This document shows, one piece after another, positions 1 to 8,727 of a DNA stretch of 64,000 bases. The stretch covers positions 33,379 to 97,378 of the forward strand of contig CAZELM010000003.1 of assembly GCA_964512995.1 (NCBI GenBank), read 5' to 3'. The notes below the pieces were generated by a model. The model was not told the origin of the DNA. It searched no databases and saw nothing but the letters and a program-made list of their open reading frames with translations. Each line of letters starts with the position of its first letter. Position 1 is the stretch's first letter. A program made the translations under genes and the position numbers. The DNA comes from an uncultured bacterium (lineage in GTDB: Bacteria > CSSED10-310).

Positions 1-2
1 CG

Positions 3-1346
3 GTGTATGATTTTGGGGGAGGCACATTTGATATATCCATTCTGGAGGTAAGTGATCAGCTTGTGGAGGTAAGGTCAACGAATGGCGATACACATCTGGG
101 CGGTGACAATATTGATCATCGGATCAATGAATGGATCATCGAAGAATTTAAAAAGGATCAGGGAATTGATCTGTCAAAAGATATCATGGCTCTCCAGCGT
201 CTGCGCGAAGCTGCTGAAAAGGCAAAGATTGAATTGTCAACGCTTAAAGAAACAGAAATTAATCTTCCTTTTATTACCGCCGACGCCTCCGGTCCCAAGC
301 ATCTTTCGCTAAAATTAACCCGAGCGAAATTTGAATCGCTGGTCGAGGACATTCTACAGAAGACCTTGGAACCGTGTCGGATGGCATTGAGAGATGCCAA
401 ATTGGATCCCAGTCAGATCGACGAAGTTGTACTAGTGGGTGGATCAACGCGAATCCCCAGAGTCCAGCAGTTGGTTGCAGAATTGTTTGGGAAGGAGCCT
501 CATCGCGGAGTGAATCCGGATGAAGTCGTGGCGATCGGTGCTGCAATCCAGGGTGGTGTTCTGGCGGGAGATGTCAAGGATGTTTTGCTTCTCGATGTCA
601 CGCCGTTGTCCTTGGGAATTGAGACGTTGGGTGGCGTCATGACCAAGTTGATCGAGAGAAATACAACGATACCGGTTCGCAAGAGTGAAAAGTTCACAAC
701 CGCAGCAGATGGCCAGACATCTGTCGAAATCCATGTACTGCAAGGAGAACGACCGATGTCAATCCAGAATCGGACTCTTGGGAAATTTCATCTCGTCGGA
801 ATTCCTCCAGCGCCAAGAGGGATCCCTCAGATCGAAGTCACATTTGATATCGATGCAAATGGCATTGTGAATGTATCTGCGAAAGATCTAGGGACCGGTA
901 AACAGCAGCAGATCACAATCACGGCTTCATCGGGTCTCACCAAAGATGAGATCAAAACGATGGTTGATGATGCTGAGAAAAATGCAGAAGCGGACCTGCA
1001 GCAAAAGGAGATGATCGAAGTCAGAAACCAAGCGGATAACCTGATCTATACGACGCAGAAAGTTCTGGAAGAGAATCGCGAGAAAATCCCGACATCTGAG
1101 ATCAGTGCGATTGAACGTGCGATCGAAGATTTGCAGGGTGCGCTGAAAAGCAATGATAAAATACAAATTGAATCGAGAATCAAAGCACTGACGCAGGCAT
1201 CGCATAAACTGGCTGAAATCATGTATAAAAGCGCACAACAATATCAATCGGAACCCACGACGAGTTCACGCAATTCAGGGAGTGATCCAGGGAAGACCCA
1301 ATCCGACAATGATATCGTCGATGCTGAATTTGAGGAAAAGAACTGA
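3..1346 (+). CDS. dnaK: Molecular chaperone DnaK (Hsp70), C-terminal ~447 aa; N-terminus lies before the window start
   Basis: Translation shows classic Hsp70 substrate-binding and lid motifs (DLGGGTFD-like start, [15 protein letters not shown]...). ORF runs to the left window edge. Confidence 0.95.
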   Translation: MYDFGGGTFDISILEVSDQLVEVRSTNGDTHLGGDNIDHRINEWIIEEFKKDQGIDLSKDIMALQRLREAAEKAKIELSTLKETEINLPFITADASGPKHLSLKLTRAKFESLVEDILQKTLEPCRMALRDAKLDPSQIDEVVLVGGSTRIPRVQQLVAELFGKEPHRGVNPDEVVAIGAAIQGGVLAGDVKDVLLLDVTPLSLGIETLGGVMTKLIERNTTIPVRKSEKFTTAADGQTSVEIHVLQGERPMSIQNRTLGKFHLVGIPPAPRGIPQIEVTFDIDANGIVNVSAKDLGTGKQQQITITASSGLTKDEIKTMVDDAEKNAEADLQQKEMIEVRNQADNLIYTTQKVLEENREKIPTSEISAIERAIEDLQGALKSNDKIQIESRIKALTQASHKLAEIMYKSAQQYQSEPTTSSRNSGSDPGKTQSDNDIVDAEFEEKN

Positions 1347-1480
1347 TTTATCTCAGATTCCAACAGACCGTAGAACCTTTAATGAGACTGCTGATTCAGG
1401 CAAATGATGATTTCACAGGCGCTTGGATTGTCAGGTGCCTGTGATACCGTCAAAATGAACATCATCATTTCAGAGCGAAT

Positions 1481-2602
1481 ATGGCAAAGGATTATTATAA
1501 AATATTAGGTGTAAAAAAAAGTGCCGAGATAGGTGACATAAAGAAAGCCTATCGGCGCTTGGCTCGAAAATTCCATCCTGACGTGAACCCGGGCGATAAG
1601 GTATCGGAAGAAAAATTCAAAGAAATATCCGAAGCGTATCAGGTGTTGTCGGATCCCGAAAAAAGAACCCAGTATGACCAGTACGGAAGTGATTTTCCGT
1701 TCATGTCTCAAGGTTCATCGCAGAGACATGCTGATCCATTTGCGGGATTTGACTTCAGCCAGTTTGGCCAAAATACTGGAACTGGACCGCAAGGGGAGGC
1801 ATTCAAAGATTTTTTTGAAGATGTTCTTGGCTTCTCGACGAAAACGACAACGAATCCCCAACAAGGAGAAGACACCCACTACTCGATAGAGATATCCTTT
1901 CAGGATGCATTTCATGGGATGACCGCTGATTTGACCATTCAGGGATTCGAGAGCTGCCAGTCCTGCTCTGGAACTGGTCACGTCCGGAAAAGTGGTTCAA
2001 CAACATGCCCCGAATGCCAGGGAAGAGGACAGATACTTATTGCCAAAGGACCGTTCCACTTTGAGAAAGTGTGTCATAAGTGTCAGGGAAAAGGCAGGAT
2101 CGACACATCTGTATGTCATTCTTGCCATGGAAAGGGGGCTGTTCCGAAAAGTTCCAGTATTTCGGTGAAGATTCCTCCCGGTGTTGATACCGGATCGAGA
2201 GTTCGTGTTCCCGGGAAAGGCGCTCCTGGAAAAAACGGAGCGCCTCCAGGAGATCTGTTTATTACTGTAAAAGTTGGTCCTCATCCATACTTTGTCCGTA
2301 ATGGGAAGAATATCACCTTGGAATTGCCGATATCGATATCCGAGTCTGTTTTGGGAGCCCGGATAATGATTCCAACACTGGATGGTCAGATAAAAATGAC
2401 CATTCCACCATCCTGTAACAGCAACCGTATTTTTCGGGTTCAGGGCAAAGGATTTCCGGATCTGAAAGAAGGCCTTCCGGGTGACCTCATGGTAAAGGTC
2501 TATATCGTGGTCCCTCCTCACATCAAAGAACAGGCGAAAGAACTGATCCGTGAGTTTGATCGACAGAATCCCTTCAATCCAAGAGAAGGGAAGTTTAATT
2601 AA
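1481..2602 (+). CDS. dnaJ: DnaJ-family co-chaperone paralog 1 (type I: J domain with HPD, G/F-rich linker, four CxxCxGxG zinc-finger repeats)
   Basis: DYYKILGV...HPD J domain; [32 protein letters not shown] repeats; DnaJ C-terminal domain. Confidence 0.85.
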   Translation: MAKDYYKILGVKKSAEIGDIKKAYRRLARKFHPDVNPGDKVSEEKFKEISEAYQVLSDPEKRTQYDQYGSDFPFMSQGSSQRHADPFAGFDFSQFGQNTGTGPQGEAFKDFFEDVLGFSTKTTTNPQQGEDTHYSIEISFQDAFHGMTADLTIQGFESCQSCSGTGHVRKSGSTTCPECQGRGQILIAKGPFHFEKVCHKCQGKGRIDTSVCHSCHGKGAVPKSSSISVKIPPGVDTGSRVRVPGKGAPGKNGAPPGDLFITVKVGPHPYFVRNGKNITLELPISISESVLGARIMIPTLDGQIKMTIPPSCNSNRIFRVQGKGFPDLKEGLPGDLMVKVYIVVPPHIKEQAKELIREFDRQNPFNPREGKFN

Positions 2603-2608
2603 ACCGTT

Positions 2609-2986
2609 ATGAAAGGCTATACAATTGGCGTTGTTTCTCGAATGTTGAATATCAGTCCCCAGACAATCCGGATGTATGAACATCACGGATTGATTCTGCC
2701 TTTCAGAACTCCAGGTAATATCAGGATCTATTCAGATGAAGATCTTGAAACCTTGAAGCTAATCCAGCGGTTAACGCAGGAATTCGATGTCAATTTAGCT
2801 GGTGTCGAAATCATTGTCAGACTCAGTCATAAGATAAAACAGCTTCAACAGGAAAAAGAGCAGCTCATCCAAATGCTCCACGGGGCGTCAGAGCTTATTG
2901 GCGCATTTATGAAAAATGCTCCCGGAAACCCTTCATTGGTGAGATCCTCCATGGATTATCTTGTAAAAATAACCGAAACGGAGTAG
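2609..2986 (+). CDS. hspR: MerR-family heat-shock regulator (HspR/CbpM-like)
   Basis: N-terminal MerR HTH (YTIGVVSRMLNISPQTIRMYE), ~125 aa, located directly after a dnaJ gene as in dnaK-dnaJ-hspR and cbpA-cbpM operons. Confidence 0.7.
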   Translation: MKGYTIGVVSRMLNISPQTIRMYEHHGLILPFRTPGNIRIYSDEDLETLKLIQRLTQEFDVNLAGVEIIVRLSHKIKQLQQEKEQLIQMLHGASELIGAFMKNAPGNPSLVRSSMDYLVKITETE

Positions 2987-3143
2987 CTATGTAATATGTG
3001 CTGTCGGGATTGTTATCGCTCAATTGAATATCAAAAAAATGGATGTTATTATCATTATTCGTGTGCCGTTTGATATGCGATGGAATCCATTGATTTGATT
3101 CGATAATGCAAGCAGCGGATCCATGTCGGAGGGATATCGTATC

Positions 3144-4256
3144 ATGGGAATGAGCAGTAAGTCGGATTATTATGAATTGCTTGGCATCGACCGGGATGCT
3201 GATTCGCAAACAATTAAACAGGCATATCGAAAACTTGCATTAAAGTATCACCCCGATCGCAATCCAAATGATCCGCAGTCAGAAATGAAATTCAAGGAGA
3301 TTGCGGAAGCATACCAAGTCCTGTCTGATCCTGAAAAGCGTCAAACATATGATCAGTTTGGCCACCAGGGTCTTTCGGGCAGCGGATTTCAACCATTTAC
3401 GGGCTTTGAGGATATTTTTGAGACCTTCGGCTCAATTTTTGGTGATTTTCTCGGGAATGGTCCCCGATCACAAACCCGTGCTCGTAAAGGTGATGATCTT
3501 CGATATGATCTAACAATCGAATTTATGGAAGCTGTTCTGGGTGTCACAAAGGAGATAGAAGTAGAAAAACTGAATTCCTGTGAAAAATGCGGAGGATCTG
3601 GAGCTAAGCCGGGAACACGGCCATCGACCTGCCCTCAATGCCAAGGTTCAGGCCAATTGCGAAGAACTCAGGGATTTTTTGTGATCTCCAGCCCCTGCAA
3701 TCGTTGCAGAGGAACAGGACAATTTATTGAAGATGCATGCCCCACCTGCAGAGGTTTTGGAAGAGTCGACATCAAGAAAAAAATCAGCGTGAAAATTCCA
3801 CCCGGCGTGGACAGAGGCTCCAATATACGTCTCCGGGGCGAAGGAGAACCCGGATATCTGGGAGGACCGTCCGGAGATTTATACATTGTTATTGATGTTC
3901 GCCCCCATGAACATTTCCAGCGTCATGGCTACGATATTTTGATTGAGATACCCATCACATTTTCTCAGGCTGCATTGGGAGCAGACATAAAGTTTGCGAC
4001 ACTGGAAGGAGAACATCTGCTCTCGATACCCAAAGGAACTCAGACGGGAATGACATTTACGTTTAAAGGGAAAGGTATCCGTCATCTCAATAGCAGCGCA
4101 CGCGGAGATCTCTATGTCAAAATCTACATTGTTACTCCCACGAAACTTACTTCCAAGCACGAAGAATTGTTTCGAGAACTGGCGAAACTCGAGGGAGAAG
4201 ATATTCCTCCCAAAAAGAAAAGTATTTTCGAGAAGATCATAGAAACGATCAGCTAG
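3144..4256 (+). CDS. dnaJ: DnaJ co-chaperone paralog 2 (type I). Alternative ATG starts at 3123 and 3150
   Basis: J domain DYYELLGI...HPD; four CxxCxGxG repeats (CEKCGGSG, CPQCQGSG, CNRCRGTG, CPTCRGFG). GGAGGG RBS at ~3128-3133. Confidence 0.85.
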   Translation: MGMSSKSDYYELLGIDRDADSQTIKQAYRKLALKYHPDRNPNDPQSEMKFKEIAEAYQVLSDPEKRQTYDQFGHQGLSGSGFQPFTGFEDIFETFGSIFGDFLGNGPRSQTRARKGDDLRYDLTIEFMEAVLGVTKEIEVEKLNSCEKCGGSGAKPGTRPSTCPQCQGSGQLRRTQGFFVISSPCNRCRGTGQFIEDACPTCRGFGRVDIKKKISVKIPPGVDRGSNIRLRGEGEPGYLGGPSGDLYIVIDVRPHEHFQRHGYDILIEIPITFSQAALGADIKFATLEGEHLLSIPKGTQTGMTFTFKGKGIRHLNSSARGDLYVKIYIVTPTKLTSKHEELFRELAKLEGEDIPPKKKSIFEKIIETIS

Positions 4257-4983
4257 TTTCCGTCACAGACAGATCCCCACGATATTCTATAAGACAGTTC
4301 GGATTTTTCAGCACCTCAAGACTATTCGGCCCTTCATTGAATAATAAATCCAGTGTGGACAGATACGGTATAAACGGAGGGAAAAGTTGGCTATATCCAG
4401 GATGTGGATATTCATGCAGTAGCACATTGATGGATTTTTGATGAAACTGTTTGCATTCCATGTAATTCTGGCATAATGGACCACTGATATACTCAGTAAT
4501 TCCGGCATATTCACAAATTTCAACAAGTCTGCCGGTTTTGTCCAGATTGGATATTTGAATATCCGATGAGCGATAGGTCGTTATATGTATCCCCAGCCAT
4601 TGAAGATGAAGCTCTATCAGTGCGTAATCCAAATCGATCAGTCGTGTCCATTCTTGAGAGAAGATTTGAGCTAAATCATCGAAGTAAGTCGAAAAAAAAG
4701 GCGTTGTTTTGTAATTGAATTCGATCGTTTTGATGTGTTTTGAAGCCCAGTCGATTCGATTATCTATTTCTGTTTCGCAAAGAAGCTGGTGGTAACGTCC
4801 CTTCTGGTGGACAGGGATCGTCAGCCAGATCGGACCATTGGCTCCTTTGACACGATTTCTATTCCGCCATCCGCGACGGTCGTATTGCACATCGTCTAAA
4901 AACACAAAACAATCGGAGATCGCCATTTGATTGAAAAAACCCAGCCATGGGAGATATCCCGGCTGCAGAATTGCTCCTTTCAT
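4249..4983 (-). CDS. WbqC-like family protein (function unknown, associated with polysaccharide or glycan loci). The ORF-track start at 5046 is probably too long; the start is likely the MKGAILQPGYLPW Met
   Basis: N-terminal ...QPGYLPWLGFF... signature typical of the WbqC-like family. Its start abuts the stop of the upstream methyltransferase with a 1-nt gap. Confidence 0.55.
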   Translation of the reverse strand: MKGAILQPGYLPWLGFFNQMAISDCFVFLDDVQYDRRGWRNRNRVKGANGPIWLTIPVHQKGRYHQLLCETEIDNRIDWASKHIKTIEFNYKTTPFFSTYFDDLAQIFSQEWTRLIDLDYALIELHLQWLGIHITTYRSSDIQISNLDKTGRLVEICEYAGITEYISGPLCQNYMECKQFHQKSINVLLHEYPHPGYSQLFPPFIPYLSTLDLLFNEGPNSLEVLKNPNCLIEYRGDLSVTETS

Positions 4984-4984
4984 G

Positions 4985-5692
4985 TCAGATTCCTTTCTTC
5001 CTGGCCCAGAAATCCAGTCGATACCCAGAGCAACGCAATGGACCATTTTGATGAAGGATGCGAGTCTCTGCCCCCAAATCCATCATATGGTCATTTAACA
5101 TATGAATCGGCATAAACATCCAATTTTCCATTCGATGCATGAATGGTCGATCTGGAGAATTCCACTTTTTTTTGTCGGACTCCGGAATCAGACCCTTTTG
5201 CTCCATGGTAAACAAATCGCCAATCAACATTTCGCCGTTTGGTTTGAGAACTCGATATAACTCAGATGCTGCTTTTATTCCATATTCTGCAGAAGGGAGA
5301 TAATGATACATATTATAGCAGAGCACTCTATCAAATAGATTTTCTATAAACGGGAGCTGTGTTATTTCTCCATTTACGAAACAGATATCCGGATAGATTT
5401 CTTTCCCTTTTCGTAATGTTTGGAGGCAAAAATCCACTCCTGCTTTGAACGGAACAGAATGAGCCAATTGATGAAGCAGATGACCATTATTACATCCGAC
5501 GTCGAGAATCGAATGGGTTCCTTTTTCATCAATGGAAAATTTTGACGTCAAGTCATCAACAACTGCCTGAAATTCTTCTTGAATGGGTCGTCTTCCTGTC
5601 ATCCCGATGACGGATGTATATCGGATGCTATTTTGATACCATTCCATTTGCATTTTTTTCAGATGATCATTCATAACGGCAGATACTCTCAA
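4985..5692 (-). CDS. Class I SAM-dependent methyltransferase
   Basis: Motif I ILDVGCNNGHL and a downstream acidic loop. ~235 aa. Co-oriented with the WbqC-like gene downstream. Confidence 0.7.
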   Translation of the reverse strand: MRVSAVMNDHLKKMQMEWYQNSIRYTSVIGMTGRRPIQEEFQAVVDDLTSKFSIDEKGTHSILDVGCNNGHLLHQLAHSVPFKAGVDFCLQTLRKGKEIYPDICFVNGEITQLPFIENLFDRVLCYNMYHYLPSAEYGIKAASELYRVLKPNGEMLIGDLFTMEQKGLIPESDKKKWNSPDRPFMHRMENWMFMPIHMLNDHMMDLGAETRILHQNGPLRCSGYRLDFWARKKGI

Positions 5693-5789
5693 AGGTTCAT
5701 TAGCATCATGTTATCTGACATTCAAAATGAATGTCTTCGTTAACTCCATTTTGTGGGAAGTCCCGAGAGGGATCAATACTAAAATGGCA

Positions 5790-8126
5790 TCATTCGCTCG
5801 TAGATACATCTTTTTGTTCTTTTTCGATGTCATCGAGCAAAAAACGAATATCTTTGACACGGGAATGGTTGCCAGCTTCGAGATGAAGCTTAAAAAGGAG
5901 TTTAAGAAGGGAGGGAGAAGAATATTTGGAAAAAGCGGTTTCAAATGTATGGATAATACCGGAAGGCGTATCGCAATATTTCGAAGTTGTAAGATAGTGT
6001 TCGATATAATCAGTATCGGATTCTCCATTCAAAATTCTGGATTGCAGAATCAACCGGCTGATATTCCATGCGCCTTGTTTCAGCAACTCGTTTAACTCAG
6101 TCTCTGAAATATTCGCTAATTCCTCGGGATCGCTGGAATGGGAAAGGATTGGATTAATGGATAGATTGCTGATCTTGTCTAATTCTGTGAGAAGATCGCG
6201 ATTTGTTGCTTTAAATCGCTCAAGAATGACCCTCGCTTGATCGAATTGACCCGTGACGATTAATATTTTTCCAAGGGTACGATGGAAATTGGCGTTTTCT
6301 TTGTCAGAATCAACCGCACGTTGGGCTAAGTTTGCTGCGAAAGACAGTCGCTCTCCGAGTATAAAGTAGTGGAATGCTAGGTTATTGAATAGTGATGGTC
6401 TTGGCGGGTTGGTGTTCAGGAGGGTCTCCTCCAATTTCACTGCATCTGTTAATAATCCACGTGAAGCCATAAGAATAGAAATGAATTCAATGAGTTGCGG
6501 CTGTTGTTCAGCGAGTTGGGATGCAAATGCATAATATTGGCGAGCCTGACTCCACTCTCCGCGTTCGGCTTCAAATTCCGCTCGATTGATCAGAAATTCT
6601 ACAATGATCTCCCGGCTACTTGGCTCCCAGAATTGTTCTTGCGGATTTTCCATTCCCTGGAATTTCGATAGAATCGTTTCATCCGGAGCAGGCATCACGG
6701 TATCATTTCTTTTTATGTAAACAACTCCATTGGGATAAAACTCTTTTTTATCTTTATTCTCTCTGAAGGTTCTGACGATTGGTCTGTTGGTGTTTGAGGA
6801 AGAAACTCCCAATGGTTTCACGTTCATATTCAGGTCCTGTAATGTCAGATCGGAACGATATTTTTCGACTGTTAACAGGTATGTCAGGCTGTTCGTGGAA
6901 TTGTCCCCTTGGTAGTAGAGGATAGAATCAGGAGGCGTGGAGAGGAGAAGGCTTTTTCCATAATCTCGAGCTAAGTGGTTGAATGAGCGGTCTGCCAATT
7001 TATAGCATCGTCCCACATGAGTTATTGTGAGTGTAGAAAATAAAAGAATGATACCTATATTGAATGAGTGGCGATGAAAATTCGAGAGGATGAGATGGAT
7101 CCCGATTCCTGCCAGAATAACCGAGAACCACTCCAGGGGTAGAAAATAGCTGTCGATATCATGGATATCATATCCTATCGCAAAGACTCCCAATGAGATG
7201 AAAGAAAGAAAAGATGCCAGTGCAAAAGGGCGATCGATATGGAGAAGAGTGAAGATGCCAATGACACTCAAAGGCCATATGATATAGTGCAAATCGGATA
7301 TCAGAATGGTCGGGAACAGCGAAAGACGTGCGGCTATTTTCGGCCATGATCCAGAAAGCATCTGTTCATGGAATTGGCTGCCTGTAAGATGCTGCCAGAA
7401 TTCCCTGCAGTGGCTTGGATCAAACCACATAAATGCAGGATCCACCGCCGCTCTTATCGGAAGATATAAATAGAGCGATATCCCTAAAATAGAGAAAGAA
7501 AGTCCGTGAATCATGACCTGAATTGTCAGATTTTTATTCAAAGGTCGATGAGATATGATGATCAAAAAAGGGATCATAAAAACACTGAGAAGGTGATTGG
7601 CAAACATGATCCCGAGTAAAAAGCAGGAAAGATAAAACCAGCGGTAATCGAGGGAATCCCGATAGGCTAATAAGAAAAATAAAAGAAGACTACAAAGAAG
7701 AATATGGAGACCATACACTTCTGCTGCGGTCGCCTGTTGCCAGTATAGCAGGTCAAAAGCCATCGAAATCGACATGAAGAAACAGACCGAAACAGGTATG
7801 CGAAAATGCCATAAAATTTTGAAAACAATGGTTACACCGAATGATGCGATCAGGGCCATGAGAACATGAATACGAGACGCACAGGATCCGAAGGGAATCC
7901 ATGTACTGCCGTGAGCCAAGAGGGACCAGAATGGATACCCGGTTGGATGCGGAATACCCAGTGTGGTACCGACTGATATTAGTTCCCCGTGGTTAGCGCC
8001 AGGAAAAACATCTGAACACATTGTACGAAAATATAAGATGAAGCAGATCAAGAACAGAGAGGAATGGAGCAGTCGATAGATAGGATCAGCATTATGATGT
8101 GAAGCAACGAGGTGGTTTTTTATCAT
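5790..8126 (-). CDS. Polytopic membrane protein with an N-terminal TMEM260/DUF2723-like (GT-C, PMT-like) glycosyltransferase domain and C-terminal TPR repeats
   Basis: N-terminal motif ...GELISVGTTLGIPHPTGYPFW... followed by >10 hydrophobic helices. The C-terminal ~300 aa is TPR-like (AFASQLAEQ..., AFHYFILGERL...). Confidence 0.6.
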   Translation of the reverse strand: MIKNHLVASHHNADPIYRLLHSSLFLICFILYFRTMCSDVFPGANHGELISVGTTLGIPHPTGYPFWSLLAHGSTWIPFGSCASRIHVLMALIASFGVTIVFKILWHFRIPVSVCFFMSISMAFDLLYWQQATAAEVYGLHILLCSLLLFFLLAYRDSLDYRWFYLSCFLLGIMFANHLLSVFMIPFLIIISHRPLNKNLTIQVMIHGLSFSILGISLYLYLPIRAAVDPAFMWFDPSHCREFWQHLTGSQFHEQMLSGSWPKIAARLSLFPTILISDLHYIIWPLSVIGIFTLLHIDRPFALASFLSFISLGVFAIGYDIHDIDSYFLPLEWFSVILAGIGIHLILSNFHRHSFNIGIILLFSTLTITHVGRCYKLADRSFNHLARDYGKSLLLSTPPDSILYYQGDNSTNSLTYLLTVEKYRSDLTLQDLNMNVKPLGVSSSNTNRPIVRTFRENKDKKEFYPNGVVYIKRNDTVMPAPDETILSKFQGMENPQEQFWEPSSREIIVEFLINRAEFEAERGEWSQARQYYAFASQLAEQQPQLIEFISILMASRGLLTDAVKLEETLLNTNPPRPSLFNNLAFHYFILGERLSFAANLAQRAVDSDKENANFHRTLGKILIVTGQFDQARVILERFKATNRDLLTELDKISNLSINPILSHSSDPEELANISETELNELLKQGAWNISRLILQSRILNGESDTDYIEHYLTTSKYCDTPSGIIHTFETAFSKYSSPSLLKLLFKLHLEAGNHSRVKDIRFLLDDIEKEQKDVSTSE

Positions 8127-8285
8127 TGGATGTTGAAAAATAGTTTATTTCTTGGGAGATAGGGTTTCATTATTTTTGTCGGCACACAATCGAAAAGTAG
8201 CGTAATAAACAAGTTGCAAATCTACCAAAAAAGTTTACCATGAAATGAGTGGCTGATGGAAGCGGATTGAAATAAAAATGAATAC

Positions 8286-8314
8286 TTGACAAGTGGTTTC
8301 AGGATCTCTAAAGT
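8286..8314 (+). promoter_or_regulatory. Sigma70-like promoter upstream of the DksA-like gene (TTGACA, 17 nt spacer, TAAAGT)
   Basis: -35 TTGACA at ~8286-8291, 17-nt spacer, -10 TAAAGT at ~8309-8314, about 30 nt upstream of the ATG. Confidence 0.4.
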
Positions 8315-8344
8315 TTACATTCATTTTAAACAAGCGCCTGGAGA

Positions 8345-8710
8345 ATGGAGGCCATTATGGACGAGAATTTATTGAAACATTTTGAACTAAAACTACTCGA
8401 ATGGAAACAGGAGCTGATGAAAGAGTTTGGCGTGACCATTGGCCAGAATCTGATTGAAGACCGTTCCAGACAGGGTGATTTTGGAGATCTAGCTAACATT
8501 GAAACAGATCAGAATTTTCTGCTGAGAATTCGGGACCGAGAGAGAAAACTCATTGGTAAAATAAACCGATGCCTGCAACAAATCAAAGAAGGCACTTATG
8601 GTCGTTGTGAATCCTGTGGAGAGGATATCGATCCGAAGCGGCTGGAGGCTCGTCCCGTAGCAAGTCTCTGCATTTCATGTAAGACTGAGCAAGAGAAGCG
8701 TGAAAGGTAG
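8345..8710 (+). CDS. DksA/TraR-family C4 zinc-finger protein. An alternative start at 8357 has a better RBS
   Basis: CESCGEDI...(17 aa)...CISCK C4 finger. Coiled-coil tip motif D-F-G-D-L-A (DxxDxA) as in DksA. Confidence 0.7.
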   Translation: MEAIMDENLLKHFELKLLEWKQELMKEFGVTIGQNLIEDRSRQGDFGDLANIETDQNFLLRIRDRERKLIGKINRCLQQIKEGTYGRCESCGEDIDPKRLEARPVASLCISCKTEQEKRER

Positions 8711-8727
8711 AGTTATTTACTGCTAGA

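Noticed and set aside
1412-1445. Inverted repeat TCACAGGC-N16-GCCTGTGA between dnaK and dnaJ as a terminator or HAIR/CIRCE operator
   Set aside because: No T-tract follows, so it is not a canonical terminator. It does not match HAIR (CTTGAGT-N7-ACTCAAG) or CIRCE consensus. Left as a low-confidence note only.
1997-2686. 229-aa ORF antisense to dnaJ paralog 1
   Set aside because: Lies entirely inside a well-supported conserved CDS on the opposite strand. No recognisable motifs. Typical shadow ORF.
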